A stretch of DNA of 64,000 bases from Antedon mediterranea (Eukaryota; Animalia; Echinodermata), in contig NC_092676.1 of the NCBI RefSeq assembly GCF_964355755.1, forward strand, positions 26,244,871 to 26,308,870, given 5' to 3'. The translations under genes were made by a program, and so were the position numbers. This document shows, piece by piece, positions 25,101-38,531 of this stretch; the stretch's first letter is position 1; each line of letters begins with the position of its first letter. The notes beneath the pieces were generated by a model. That model saw only the letters and a list, made by a program, of their open reading frames with translations. It searched no databases and had not been told where the DNA came from.

Positions 25101-28100
25101 GCACTGTAGTATGAGTACGACTCTCGATAGTTACTCGTAGCTCGTTTTTCACACATGTCAAGAATCTCTAAGCTGCTTAGCAACACCCAACAATCAATAC
25201 TTCCAACTGGCATGCTGATCTAAATATAAAATAAGTTTGATTGATTATCATTAAGGAATAAAGAGTCATTCTGGGATTGAATTGAACCCTGGACCTTGGG
25301 ATTAGAAGGTAAACATTTTAACCACCCAGCTACTGCGTCACTATATAATACTGTAACCCGACACATGATTAATCAAAGCAATTGGTAATAGGTCAGGATT
25401 GAACCCTTGACCTTGGGATTGGAAGGCAAACATGTTAACCAACAGGCTACTGCGCCACTATCGATACTTTAACCTGATTAATCAAAGTAGGTGAGATAAA
25501 GTTTGATTTCCAGTACCTCTAGAATCCGTAGTTCTTGAACACAATTGTAAAGAAAAGCAATCGTTCTATTGGCGACCTCAAGAGGTCGATTGAGGAAGAG
25601 TAGAAGCACACACTGACGTGAGAACAAGTAGTTTCTGATGTCTAGGAGCGTTGGTTTGCCGGTCTTGATCAGATCTCGAATTTGTTGATTTATTGGTCGT
25701 GAAAGATCCAAGCCATCCCACCGTGTGCAGTTACCTTGAAACTTAATCAGCCAATCAGGTGCTTCTATTACAAACAAACAAAAAGACAATTTGGTTTATT
25801 TTTAATAAAAATGTAGTTTTACATTATTGCAGTGTTATTATTATTTTTTATCAAAATGAATCAAATCAAATTCTACTTACTTGCAGCTTGGGAGTTGATA
25901 ACAAATTGCGAGAAAAGTGCATCAAGCTCATCATATTGCACAAGTGCTTCGTCGTACTGCCGCAACATCTCATAAACGAACGCTAGTTCTTCCTATATAA
26001 TTTGTTTAAAAAATAAGTAACAAGTAAAGTGATTTAAGTACCTAAATCTTTTACTTTAAATTTGTAGAATTAATAAAAAATGATTTCTACCATCCAACAG
26101 CGGATCATGACAATTACACTACAGTATGATTAGGAACTCATTCCTTCTAAACTCTCATATAAGGCTTAGGTAGTGGCACTGTATTGACCTAAAAAAAAAT
26201 TGCGTACCTCTGACAGGATTTGAACCAAATACCCTGGGATTTGTAAGCAAGTAAGTTAAAAACCAATCCACAGTACCACTTTTAAAATTCCAAAAACACT
26301 ACAAACCTGTAGCAGAAAATACTGATTGAAATCCCAGCCAGGTTCATTTCGACGTTCTCGTTCTGCCCTCATTTTTTCTTCAAACTTGCCAAGATTGCGA
26401 TTATATGAGATGAGAAGCAGCTGCCGAAGGCGTGTCAGAAACACGTTCCAAGATTCTTGCGACCTCACTGACGGAACGGGATTATTTGGCTCATGTAAAA
26501 CTATACATCTGTTTATAAATACAGAAGCACAAAAAATTTATAAAATAAATAAATAACAGGAAATTGAATAATACTTTTGTAAAGCTCTGTCTACACTATC
26601 AAACTATATGTGACAAAAAAATGTGATGTACCCATATATGGACATGACGATGTCATATCACTACCATATTTTGGCATATCACTACCATATTTGGGTATTT
26701 GAGTTTTACATTCACAGTAATCAGCGGTAAACTTGCCTGTCGGATTGTTTGCTACAAAAGTCGTTTTTAATTTTGTCAAACACCGAGGTCCGTGGTAGCA
26801 ATTTCGTTTTCTGTCCACGCTTTGGGTTGCTCGCTTCTACGAGAACTATCATCCAATCATTGATGTTCTTCTCTCTAAGTAACTGTTGCCATTTTGATAT
26901 CTCTTCTTTGACGACAATCTTGTAAGCATCAACATCCTAAATGGAAAAAAAATAACTAAAAATAAGGTTATATTGCATGATAATACATATAACCTAATAA
27001 TTTACAATTGGATATTAAAGGGGACTTTCATAGGAATTCCTTATTAATCAAGCATTAAGTTGTTACTACAACTATGCCTATCATTTATCATCTATCTGAA
27101 TAAAAACCTATTACAGTATTGTGAAAAAGTCTGTTTAATTTACATTACTATATTTTAATTTTATTTACAGTTTTCAATAATTACTGAGAAGAAGAGGACC
27201 TACTGTATATCATAGGATTTTTTGGATTATTTGACATTTGTGAATTATTTTTTTTTTAGACTTTGAACTAATGTTCATTGTCTAATCTTGACATACACAA
27301 AATAAAGTATAATAAACACACCGGACATTCGGTCCAATACAAATGAAAGAACGATTGATGTAGAAGCTGTCTGCTGCCCTCATATTGTAAGATGTCAATT
27401 GAAAACGGCACAAACTGCACATCTACAGATATCGTCTTTGGTGCTCTCCCATATGACCTGTACAATCAAACATAACATTATTTGTAAAATAAACTTTCTA
27501 TAATATAATATTTTATGATCATAATTTATTTTCAGACTATACGAAGGTGCTCAGAGACCAAGATGAATAACAAATTATAGAATGGTTTGATAGAATAAAA
27601 ATGATACTCGCCCTGTAAGCAAGAGGTCGCAAGTTCGAATCCCACTGGAGACATTTTTTCATACAACTAAAAAAATATGGAACTTTCGCCGATGAGCTAT
27701 GCTCGACCCGATTATAAGATCATGTCCCAAATTTGAGCACTGTTTCTATAATTTGACAGTATGAATAATTGGACAACCTACACATTTAATATATCAACTG
27801 AAGAACTTATTTGATGATCCATCATTGAAGGGTCATGAGCTGTCAATCGAATGAATGAATAATATAAGTTTACCACCATCAATTAAATTTTCGCAATAAA
27901 AAAGAAATTTTTATTACTTACCTGCGCCACTCAACAGTATCTCTTGGCAGACTCTGTATCAATTCAGGGTGGAGTGATTTAAAAAGTTCTTGCTCACCAT
28001 GACCTGCAATTTGTCAAAAATTGGTACAATATATTTTTATTAATATATTAAAAATATATATAATCAAAAAAATTAGCATATAATTATAAAGAAAGTTTGA

Positions 28101-28604
28101 GGGATAAAATCGACTCTAAAACTGATTTCAAAGAATGTGGTATAAAAGGCTAAAATCCAATAATCTGAAAGGGTAATTAAGTATACTACAAATATCAATA
28201 TTTTAATATTACCTAATTTTATTAATCAATTTTAAGGCCCAAAAATAAAATTCCTATTTAAATTAGGTAACTAGGCTAAATGATATATTGTGATCAGGTA
28301 CAGAAAATAGTTATCTTAGTATTCATTTAATGTATCACAAAAATAGAAAGTTTATTCACATAACTGGCCAGAATTAGCCTTGAGAAAATTTGTAGGGGAA
28401 GGAGATCACTTCCTGTTAAAAATGCTGTTATCAAAAATGTTAAGGGTGAGCAATTATTTTCGCTTTGTTCATTGAGGCTCCAGCTAAGGCTAGGCTTCAT
28501 ACTACAATAAGTACACCTAAATATGCCTGTATACAGACAAAAACAATTGTAATGTGAAGAAGAATAAATTAAAACGTACACGTTACAATAGGTTTGTTCT
28601 CCAT
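19135..28604 (-). CDS. TRAPPC10: Trafficking protein particle complex subunit 10 (~20 exons)
   Basis: Starts MENKPIVT-CHGEQELF..LPRDTVEWRRSYGRAPK and contains FFHLYWTEC, SQESWNVFLTRLRQLLL..NLGKFEE, LLDIRNYLFSRQC, HQLGLLCGLMP, WAVCGK, IPLTAGYLPLPGVKLSRY and a terminal PFPLGQVY..QVHVLP, all matching TRAPPC10. Approximate exons: 28604-28580, 28003-27922, 27458-27320, 26936-26737, 26508-26307, 25991-25880, 25763-25516, 25219-25073, 24810-24621, 24386-24293, 24192-24051, 23934-23816, 22902-22441, 22171-22030, 21903-21617, 21502-21405, 21160-21037, 20943-20772, 20390-20084, 19346-19135. Confidence 0.95.
19533..19855 (+). mobile_element. LINE 3' fragment (ORF2 C-terminal CCHC zinc knuckle) nested inside a family A MITE
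   Basis: ETGQWSCTPPDERLCKCGKVLTELHALCECP motif, then AATAAA and an AAT/AAC tail. Flanked by the two halves of MITE A (..GTGATGTGCC | TATGGACATGATGATGTC..). Confidence 0.65.
21232..21343 (-). mobile_element. Penelope-like element terminal relic with degenerate minimal hammerhead core
   Basis: Minus strand reads CTGATGA-TAA-AGGGC-TAGTGTT-GCCC-GAAAGCTC. A homologous ~110-bp copy at 39820-39930 reads CTGATGA-AGAC-TTAGTGTT-GCCT-GAAAGCTC. Confidence 0.5.
23131..23392. repeat. 34-bp minisatellite, ~7.5 copies, in a TRAPPC10 intron
   Basis: Unit ATGAGTGATTACCACCACTATTAATACCACCACC at 23154, 23188, 23222, 23256, 23290, 23324 and 23358. Confidence 0.95.
23935..24050 (-). other. U12-type (minor spliceosome) AT-AC intron in TRAPPC10
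   Basis: Minus strand: donor ATATCCTTT, branch site TTCCCTTAAC 10 nt before the terminal AC. Splicing gives in-frame MGNTNK-YMKSCAILAS. Confidence 0.92.
24842..25008. mobile_element. MITE family D (TIR ~AAGGTCAATTTACACAGAC)
   Basis: Shares GCGGTAACGG / CCGTTACCGCTCGTCTGTGTAAATT with 1440-1590 and 61285-61446. Confidence 0.65.
25270..25460 (-). mobile_element. Two tandem tRNA-derived SINE head fragments
   Basis: Minus strand AGTGGCGCAGTAGCC..GGTT (A-box-like) and GGTTCAATCC (B-box-like). Related fragments at 17505-17572, 26212-26281 and 27608-27652 (+). No complete cloverleaf. Confidence 0.55.
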
Positions 28605-28790
28605 ATCATCTAGACATCTGAAAACACTAATATTTGGCAAGACCTACTAGAGGCTAGGCCTACTATCGTTAACTTTTGTAATGTTTTTAATTTTTTGACC
28701 ACCTCATTTTTCTTGAGCACCCCCTCTATGTGTGACGAGAGAGAGCAAAGATAGAATTGAAAAAAAGTCAGCAGACGACAAAAAACAAGC
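28605..28790. promoter_or_regulatory. Compact bidirectional promoter region between TRAPPC10 and CMSS1
   Basis: The divergent start codons are separated by only 186 bp. Confidence 0.7.
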
Positions 28791-31081
28791 ATGGGCGACG
28801 ATTTGGACAACGAGTGGTGGTTGACAGAAAAAGAACAAACTGAAAAATACGCCGATAAAGAACAAGAATATGGTATAATAAGATTTTACATGAAACTTCC
28901 TTTTTAGAGCAACATTTTCGATATCTCTTGTTAGTCCTAGATTTTAATAAGAATAAGATGTCTCTATTTAGTAAACAATATAGGGCTAGGCCCTAGGTAG
29001 GCTAGGCCAAATGCTAGCCTTCACAAGAGTTGTAAGTAGGTTCTAAACTTACCACCACGGCACCGCAGAAGGTTGCCGACTAGCCCTAATTTCGGCCGCC
29101 TAACACTTGGTCGCGGCTGATTGTGGTAAAAGTAGTTTTAGGATGAGGTGGTGAACTATATTATTGTTGGATTAAGAATAGACTTAGGTCTAGGCCTACG
29201 CCTAATTATTTTTTTAATGTACCACTGAGTCAATAATTGTAAACATACAATTAAATAAATGATGATTTCTGTCAGCTTTATTTGTGTTGTGGTCTTCATA
29301 TAATTTATATTGTAAATAGTGTCATACACTTAAGTGAGGGTCCATAATGATCAGCTTCGGCTGGATGCACCACCCTCGTAAAATATTGTTGAAATAAAAA
29401 TAAAATAAATACAATTTTACTGACATTTCATTTGGGCAATTCATAAAAATTCAATTAAGAATTATAGATAACTAAATACTATTAGTATTTCTTTTTTATT
29501 ATCATTCAACAGATGTTTCAAATTCGAAAGGCAAAGTAAAAGGTGCTGGAAATAAGAAAAGAAGTTATGATGCAGTTGCTGTGGTAGAGGAGACAAGTGG
29601 ACAAGTAAAGAAAAAGAAGAAGGTAATAACAATAGTTAGTATATACTGTCTCGCAAAAATTAATAAACAAGTTTAAGTGTGAGAAAAGATCATTAAAGCT
29701 TGGTTCCCACTAGCGACGCAACCTACATAAGAAAATGCCCTTTCTATAATTGTGTTTGATTATGCAATACAGCACGCTTTAAGCATCAACAAGAGTGTCG
29801 GTCACATATTTGATCCTACTTGAGACTTTGGGTTAAAATTAATTAATAAACTATGTTTTGTTTTACATAGCCTAAAAAGAAGAAAACTGAAGAGGAAGAA
29901 GTTAAGGAATCTGCAGGGCAATGGAGCGATGTAGTTGCATCTTTACGGGATAACTTTAAGGGAAAGATTCCCGTTATAGAATTTGAAGACTTAATATTGT
30001 CTGGTAAGTCGTTTTACAATAACAATTTATCTTATAACAATCTGGGTCATTTTGTACATTAAAAAAAGTATACCATTTATGTTGAATCTGAATATTTTTA
30101 TTAATCAACTCTCCGGACTCTCTTAAAACCAGAAACTCTCCCAACAACCAGAAGGTCCCAAATTCTGTTTTACCATTAAAAACACATTCCGAATACCAGA
30201 CTATTAAAAAAACCATATTAGGCCAGCCCAAATGTGTCTGGTATTGGGAGAGTTGACTGACATACAATACATAGAAAAGTTTAAATGTACAATCCAAAAC
30301 CATGACTTTGTTGCTATTCCATTTTAAAGTTAAGTAATAAATAGTTTTTTCATTTTTTGGTACATTATCCTAAACTTTAGAACACTTCTATTTCCAGAAG
30401 AAAATTTTCTTCCACACAATGAATATTTAAATGATCTATCAACGTACTTAACTTGTACAATACGAAAGTGGAAGAAGCTGTCTGCCTCAGATGAGTTGAA
30501 GACAAAATCTCCAATAGTTTTAGTTATAACATCCGCAGCAAAGAGGGCGGTAGATTTAAATCGACAAGCAAATAACTTTAAAGGAAAGTGTACTTCTGCC
30601 AAATTATTTGCGAAACATATGAAAGTAAGTAGAAAACGGGGAATTTTTTTTTTCAATAGCCTACTATAGTAGTTAGCTGATACTAGCCCACATGCCATTT
30701 TTGCAAACCTGCGCTAGACTTGCCCTGCCTACACTTTTTTCAATATCCTTATGTTTATATAATTATTATTACTATAAGTGAAGTTGCAATATTAATTATT
30801 TAATATTATATTAATAGGTTTCAGAGCAATCAAAATTCTTGTCAAAAAACAAAGTCCATTTTGCTGTTGGTACTCCAAACCGTGTCTCATCACTCATTGA
30901 CCAAGATGCCTTGGACATTACAGCGGTCAAATATGTCATTTTGGACTGGAACTTTCGCGATCTCAAAAAACGTAGAATGGTCGATATACCAGAGATAAAG
31001 AAGGATTTGTTGAATTTTTTGAAAGACAATGTTTTGCCGACGATATTAAATGGAAGTCGATTGAAAATTGGTATTTACTGA
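28791..31081 (+). CDS. CMSS1: Protein CMSS1 (Cms1 ribosomal small subunit homolog)
   Basis: Exons 28791-28872, 29513-29622, 29871-30003, 30398-30624, 30818-31081. N-terminus MGDDLDNEWW; motifs SPIVLVITSAAKRAVDL, KLFAKHMKV, VGTPNRV and VILDWNFRDLKKRRMVDIPEIKKD..LKIGIY. Confidence 0.93.
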
Positions 31082-31303
31082 AACCACAGAGAGCATTAAA
31101 GTAAGTTTTTAATTCTGTGATGTTTTTCCAAGAAATTTATTTTCTCTAAATTGCTTGATGTGGTACAGAATTCAATGTAAATGTAAAGCAGAACAGAGCG
31201 GAGAAATAAATTCAGAACTTTTTCATAGGCTTATATATAGAGCTGCAAAGACCAACGTTTTGTTACGACTTGTCAAAAGTTTTTTTTTTATCCAGTCTGT
31301 CTG

Positions 31304-34300
31304 TCAGTCCGTCTTGATGAAAATACATCTTTTGCTTGTGCTTCTTCTACATCATCTACACTGGTACAAAGGCACGCTCCCTTTGGAGGGAAGGGTTTCA
31401 TTGCAGATGTAGCAAAGCTGGTTTTGTTGTAGTGATTGATGTTCCTTGCAATAATAGGCTATATGTAAAGAAAATTATTAGTATTATTATTGCAGATACT
31501 GTACAGTAATGCAATGCTGTATATTCAAACACATTTAGCTAAACAAAATAAAATTAGGATTTACTATATTTTTAAATATTTAACTTAGTGATTTATACAG
31601 TATTAGCAATGCAGTTTAGCAGTTTACACAAAATATTTACTTGCTTGATACTACCGTAGATGTTAATGGGTCAGTAATAGCTCATATGACCTTTCCTATC
31701 TTTTTATGCAACAAAACCATAAATACTAATTGAATATTGAATTGAATATATTTGGTTGATGCATGTTCATACCTTCATTCTGCTGATGTTGATAGAGTTT
31801 TGGAACCTCATTAGCACACAGAACGCAGCAGTTTCTGTTAGTCCTCCGCGACACCACGCTGCTGATGCCTCCTTTTGCATCTGCACAGGCGACACACATC
31901 CTCATAGGATGTGATGTTGCATCTCGTTCCCAGTCTGCTTTACAACGAAAATCCTGTCAATTAAGAACAAAGTATAACCTCTATTATTAAGGGGACACCT
32001 TCAGGACCCAATAAATTGTCCACTATGTAGGGTTGCCATAGTGTTAAAATATACCTCCTTTTCATTTTATATGAGAAAGTGTTTCCTGAATTAGCGTTCT
32101 AATGTTAAGTGTTTATATAGAGCATTCCACAAACAATGTCGTCTCTGTGGACTCTCCAAAAAGACTCGTTTTACCATCAGAACCATGGAGCGAGTAAGCC
32201 TCAAACCTTTGCCATAAATTACAGTTCAACTGTCTTAACTGCTCATCCTCTCACTACACTACTTACTAACTGTATAGTTTAGGATTCTATGACTTGTTCA
32301 AATTTTCTCAAATTATTAATAAAAACTATTGGATCATGAAGAGCATGAAATTGATTGGACTGAAAAGATTAGGACTCAATGTGCTGTGAAATGGATTTCT
32401 AGTTTTATCCTACAATAAATCAATTTTACCTTTAGTTGCTTAGCAATGGCAAAAGCATCCATTTGGTTTCGTCTGGTATCATGCATCAGAAAATTAACCA
32501 ATCTTTTGATCTCTCCAGCTTCTCGGAGCTGGTATGGCAGCTCTGTGATCACCAGTTTAGAATTATTGCAGTGATGCTCAAAGAAGTCTGCTAACTTTAA
32601 ATGGACTGCTTTATATTTTTTCTGATCACTTAGTAGTTCTTTTTTAACAGTCTTAAAAAGAAGAGGCCCCAGGTTGGAATCTTTGAATGAATTGATGGAA
32701 TTAAGATAACCAGCAAGAGATAGAGTTTTTTGGAAAAGTTTAAGAAAACATATGTGAGGCGACTTAATTGGACTCTTTATCATTAATTAATTTTTGTTCT
32801 CATTTATGAAAGAAGCTCTTTATTTTGTTATTGAGTTCAAAAGCAGTAATAAATAATAAATTAAAAAAATTATAAATATTTTTGTTATTTCCAATTTTGT
32901 ATTTTACATTATCTGATTTCGTATTTTTCAAATGTTATTGTTATCATAATAATTTTATTTAAAAAAAAGCAAAAAAATAACAAATAATTATCATAAATAC
33001 TGTACCCTGATAATAGATGAATGGAAGAAGTTAAACTGGTCTATCCGTCCTGGTCTGCTGCTATTCCTCAGAAAAGACTTCAATGTTCTCCTAGCCCGAG
33101 TCCACAGCATCATTGGAGCTGGTGTCTGGCAGTTTCCAAGGATCAATTTCAACTCTGTTTCTGTTAGGCCTTGTCGAGAACACTCTAAAAGGCATAGAAT
33201 CTGGAAGATTCAAATGAAAGTGTCATTTACCAAACTATATTTCTAGATCATGATTAAAGCAGAACTTTCCTGTATTGATTAGGACAATTTGTGTATAGTA
33301 GTTAATATTTAAATTATTAAATTGTAAAATACAGTACAGTAAATTATCAATATTAAGATTTTCTTTCAACATTTTTGCTGGAGAGTATTTTGGTAATATT
33401 CACCTCTTTCACATAGCCTGTGTCATCTTCCTTTATCATTCTCCTGATGATCTCCGCCAACAGATCTTCTAGAATGAATGGCAGTGACTTGATAAATTCT
33501 GTCAGGCGTTGAAATAATCCAAATACGCGTAGCTCTTCACATGCCAACCACAACCAGAGAACATTTTCAGCTCCTTGAGATGTTGTGAGCAGGGATAGTT
33601 GCTCTGGATCTAAACTCTCTCTAAAATCCAGGATATTATTAATATATTTTTATACAGAAATAGAATTCATGACAATTAAAAGTATGTGAAAAATCACTAG
33701 GTTTATACAGTCTCGGTTTATTTGTATCTTACCTTATTGTACAACTTGAAGTAATTTTCAACAAGTTTTGTTCTTGCACTCTCAGGCAAGTTTGGAAGGT
33801 CAAGTTGATATGCTTCAGGCGACACAGAATCGAGGTTGCCTAGGGTTACAGGATCACGTGTTGTACTGATGATGAAGCGCACAGTGTTATAGCTTTTTGC
33901 TGGAATCCATTTTAGAAAGTCTGTACAATGGGTTAACTTGAATAAAATTGAAAAGTATTTTATTTTAGTATATTGTGTAAGACCTTCAGATAGTGATTGT
34001 TAAGTTCATTTTTTAGAGATCCTGTCTGGTTATGCGTGTTGTTTTTTCTTGTTCTTTTATGTTTTGTATTGTATTTTTATTTATCGCTTGGAGACAAGAT
34101 AAAGAAATTGTTTTTAAACAATACCCTCGGCATACCGCTGCTGAGGGTGTCTTACAATTCACTTTATGACAGAAATAAAATGAATCTGAAAACATTTAAA
34201 CGAGGAAGGAAGTCATATATTCTAGTCAAAGGTCATTGCTTTACCTATTACTTTGTATGAGTATTGTTGTATATTGACATCATGTTTATAATGTAGATCA

Positions 34301-36907
34301 TACCTGATTCACTGCATCCACTACAACCAATAGCTGTTCCTTTGATTTGCCGAATTCTTTCAACATCGTCAAATAAACTGGTAAAGCCCGACTATACTTA
34401 AAATCTCTCTTCATTTCTTCCAATCTCTTGTCTTTTGCACAAAAAAAAAAAAATTATTGTTATGTATTTATATACAATAGGGTTTGTGAATGTTAGTGAA
34501 TGTCCTGACAAGGGTGCATTCATTACTACTGGAGGTGGAGGTTAACCAAGACTTTTATTCGGGAATGAAAAAGTTTAGTTTGAAAGAGATTTTTCATTAT
34601 AAATGCAAAATAATGTATGATAATACCGTCGTGTTTAGTAATTGCTTCACAAAGTCTGGGCAGGAGGCTAGCAGGGTCTGTTGATCCGCAACCAACAAAG
34701 TGGTAGAACACATTCAGACTAGCCTATAACGAGATATTAATAATGGTTTTTATTAAAACATATATTCATTTTTGAAGATGTTTTTATTATGTTTCTTTCC
34801 ACCAGCCTACAATAAGATATTGATAATAATCTTTTTTTTAAATTAAAATATATGATTTCATTGTGATGATGTTTTTGTTATGTTTTACCTTCTTAGCCTC
34901 ATAAACGCATTTTGCCATGAGGGCGCTCTTTCCTTGTCCAGAGTCTGCCATAATCACCAGGGGTGGTGTCTTGACACTACCGGAAGCCAAACCACCGACT
35001 TTCTTGTTTTCTGCTGGCAAACATCGAGACTTAATGAACTCTGTCTCTATAACAATCTTGTCTGTGGCAAACTTTAGCATGGTTTCCACTAATTCTTCTC
35101 GTCCATAAACATAGTTGGATCTTCCGAAGGTGTAGGAAACTGGGTGATTATAGCTTGTTTAAAGTAGTTTGTGACCAGCTCTGCAAATGTTTCTAACCCT
35201 TTCAAGCTCACCTATAAAATGATAATTGTAGAATATGGTACTACTGACAGTGTGTATGTTAAGAAGGTTAAGTGGATTCTAATTTCAGTTCGGCACTTAA
35301 AATTTGCCACTTTTAGGCGCTGGGACCCCCTATGTCAAAATCCTGAATCAACCACTACAAAGGACACAAGTAAGACAACATGTAGGCAAAGAGCAAACTA
35401 CAGAATCAAATCTTGGCTCTAGTCTAAAGTGTGCTGCAGATGGATAGCCTGCTGAACAGTACCTTATTTTTCTCAATTCCTTCTACCTCACATTCATAGT
35501 CCTTTACCTGGTTTGGAAAGGTATCTCGAAGTCGTCCCTTTAGCTCCTAAAAAAAAAATTGTGACACAATTATGCCATTCTACTGTACACTAAATATTGA
35601 GATAAAGATAATTGCCAAATACTTCAAGTTAGAAAGGCGTAACTTACCTTTAACTGAGCAACAGCAAGAGGGTCCTTATCCACAAAGGAGAAGAAATAGT
35701 GCATTGGGGTTTTTATTGCGGAAGGCTCCATTGATTATCTCCATGTGAGTTATGGAAAACCCTGGAATCCATTTATATTGTGCAACAATGTCAGATGGAA
35801 CATCACTTTCCCCTGGAATCCATCCATATCTATAAAAACAAAAATCACTAATACAGTAAATACAGAGCAGAGAATACAAAATAGATACAATCATTTTGAA
35901 ACAGAGAGTAATTTTGACTCAATATTGAATGACTGTTTAAGAGTCGGAATCAGTGTCCAAGTGGTCTTTTGTAGTTCTTTATTTTCACCACATTTTGTAA
36001 GTTTATATTTGTTTGTTATCCATTGACTGGAACCATAAAATCACTTACCGTTCACTTAACATGTTCAGGAAGAATCCATTGCCTTCTGTCTCATCGTGAC
36101 CTCTCTCAATTTCTTCTAAACATGTGCAAAGGATGGTTCTGGTTGTAGAGTCTTTTGGAACACCCCACCGAAGATCACATTCAATCAAATGTAGGTGGCG
36201 CTTTTCACAGAATTCTCGTAAATCTGGGAATACCTAAGATTTAGTGAAACTAACTTGCTAAAAAAAAATAGTTAGAAGAATATTGCAATTTCGTATTATT
36301 TGTGTATGTTATCCGGTTTCCATTTTTAAACATTAATGTCGAATAGAGTAGGTCTACACTATCAAGCTTTATGTGTCAAAATAATGTGATGTGCCCATAT
36401 ATGGACATGATGGGCACATCACTACTAAATAAATTTGAACACATCACACTTTTTTTGTCAAACTAGTTGGATAGTGTAGACAGAGCTTCATCTCTTCATG
36501 AGTAGAGCATCTTCTAAAGGGCAGAAAATAAAAGCTAACCTAATTGTCAAATTATAACAACAACAATGTGAAATGTGTTCAAGGCAACTACTGTGTATAT
36601 AAGAAATTACAAGATCAAAACATATTCTATGAAAACAACCAATGCTACTGTAGAGTGGGGCTTTATTAATTGTCGTAGAACTTACCTCTTTTACTAACAC
36701 CTCCCTCTCAGCATAAAAGTCAGCAAATGTTGATGAAACAAACAAACGAATCACCTGCCAGCCACTGGCCTTTGTTGATGGTCCAATATGTTCCTCCTTC
36801 TTTGATGAGCATTGTGCTTCAAGAATTTGCCAACATTTTTGGATGGCATCCAGGATGGATTCATTCTCAGTGTCCTTGGGTAATGTTTCTGAAGTGTTGG
36901 CAGCCAT
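31304..36907 (-). pseudogene. DUF4062 + STAND/NACHT-like NTPase + PHF5-like Cys array, paralog B, disrupted
   Basis: Same exon layout as 38532-45924 (IRLFVSSTFADFYAEREVL, DLRWGV, ADSGQGKS, LLVVVDAVNQ, LWLACEELRVFG). Two frameshifting deletions of ~50 nt relative to the paralog (near 35690 and 35127), plus an in-frame TGA at 31352-31354 inside the last CxxC. Confidence 0.85.
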
Positions 36908-38531
36908 TGTAATGTTCAGACTTTTGTCTTGAATACACAAATTATATATACCTGTATTGCCTCCCTTTGTTACAATTTATAAATATTGCCTCCATTCAAA
37001 TAATTGTTAACATTTTTTGTGAATATCCCATTCTAATGTTGCATAGTTTTTTACTAAAAAAAATTTATTTACCTGTAACTGTAATCTAAAGCAAACAATT
37101 GTCAAATTGGCTGCCAGTTTTTTTTTTTGGTTAAATTTAATTGTTAAAAGTTAAAACATTTTTTCATTTTTTCTTTCTACTATTTAGTTTTGTTATGGTT
37201 ATGATAACTACTACTAGATCAGTAACTTCACTTTTGATTTGTAGCACATAGGGGTTGATCCAGGATTTTTCAAACAGAGGAGTGGTATCGATTCAAATAT
37301 CTCCAGATTTATATTATTGCCTAATAAGTCTCCCTGGATTTAATGCCTATAATTGTATAAACAATGCCTATACTAATACTATGCAAATGTCTCAACATAG
37401 AAACAAATTAACAAAATATTTACCTTGATTTTTATTATCTGGATAAAGCAATTGATGATAGAAATGCTGGTAGTAGCCAGTTTCAGTCAGAGAAATGTGT
37501 TGCGTTTTAAAGATTATTATGAAATAAACAACTTCAGAAAAGATCCTACCTAAGTAATTCTCTCTCTCTGATTGTAAAAGCACTGCTTATTTCTTGTGAA
37601 TAATAATACATATATATCCTTAGCTTCCTTTGTAATGTATTTTGCTACCTGTCCTCGCTTTATCTTTGATGTTTTGAATAAGGCCAATTTGTCATAACTT
37701 CCTATATACTGTAGTATACAAGGTCATATATTATTATGTCATAAGTTTTGACATGAATTTTAGGGCCTGTTTGTAAAAGTCAATTTTGTATATTTACAAT
37801 CATATCTTAGTTCACAGACTTGGAAAAGTATATGATGGGAAAAACCTTCATTATTATTATTAAATATTTTTTATATAAATTTTAACTGCCATTTCAACTG
37901 CAATATTAATGAAATGCAGTTAGATTTGTAGTCGTCGATAGCTAAAAGAAGTTTAGTTTACTATCAAAATATAATAATCATCTTTTAACTATTAGTTAAT
38001 ACAGAATACAATAAATATCAGACAATCAAATACTATAATACATTTTATAATTGTTTCTAAAAAACTATTTGCAATACAAAAAGCAAAAAAATATACCGTA
38101 TATTTTGGCAAGATTATACTAATAGTTTACATTAATCTGTCCTATTGGAAACTGTCTTTGGTGACTCATTCCAGCACACATCCCACTTTTGATTAAAAGT
38201 ATGTAAAACATTGTAGATTTAATTATCACTGTTTATTAATTACATATTTCTGTTTTTGCTTCTTGTGTGAACACAATGTTGATTTTTATTCAATAGATGG
38301 AAACTTCCCCAATTGCCAGAGTCCAGTGTCGGAAATGTAAACCAGAATTGTCTAGTCTCCATTTCCTTTCTGTTTGTTAAGTATCTAACTATTCTTTAAA
38401 GCTCTGTATACACTATCAAACTTTAAGTGACAAAAACATGTGATGTGTCCATATATGGACATGATGATGTCATATCACTACCATATTTGGGCACATCACA
38501 CTTTTTTTGTCAAACTAGTTTGATAGTGTAA

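Noticed and set aside
27608-27652. tRNA gene (GTTCGAATCCC T-loop)
   Set aside because: Only the 3' half is tRNA-like, with no D-arm or acceptor-stem pairing; treated as a SINE fragment.
31349-31360. In-frame TGA within C-R-*-C as selenocysteine or readthrough
   Set aside because: The TGA is at a non-ligand x position (paralog has CMIC), I see no convincing SECIS downstream, and the gene already has two upstream frameshifts. A nonsense mutation is the simpler explanation.
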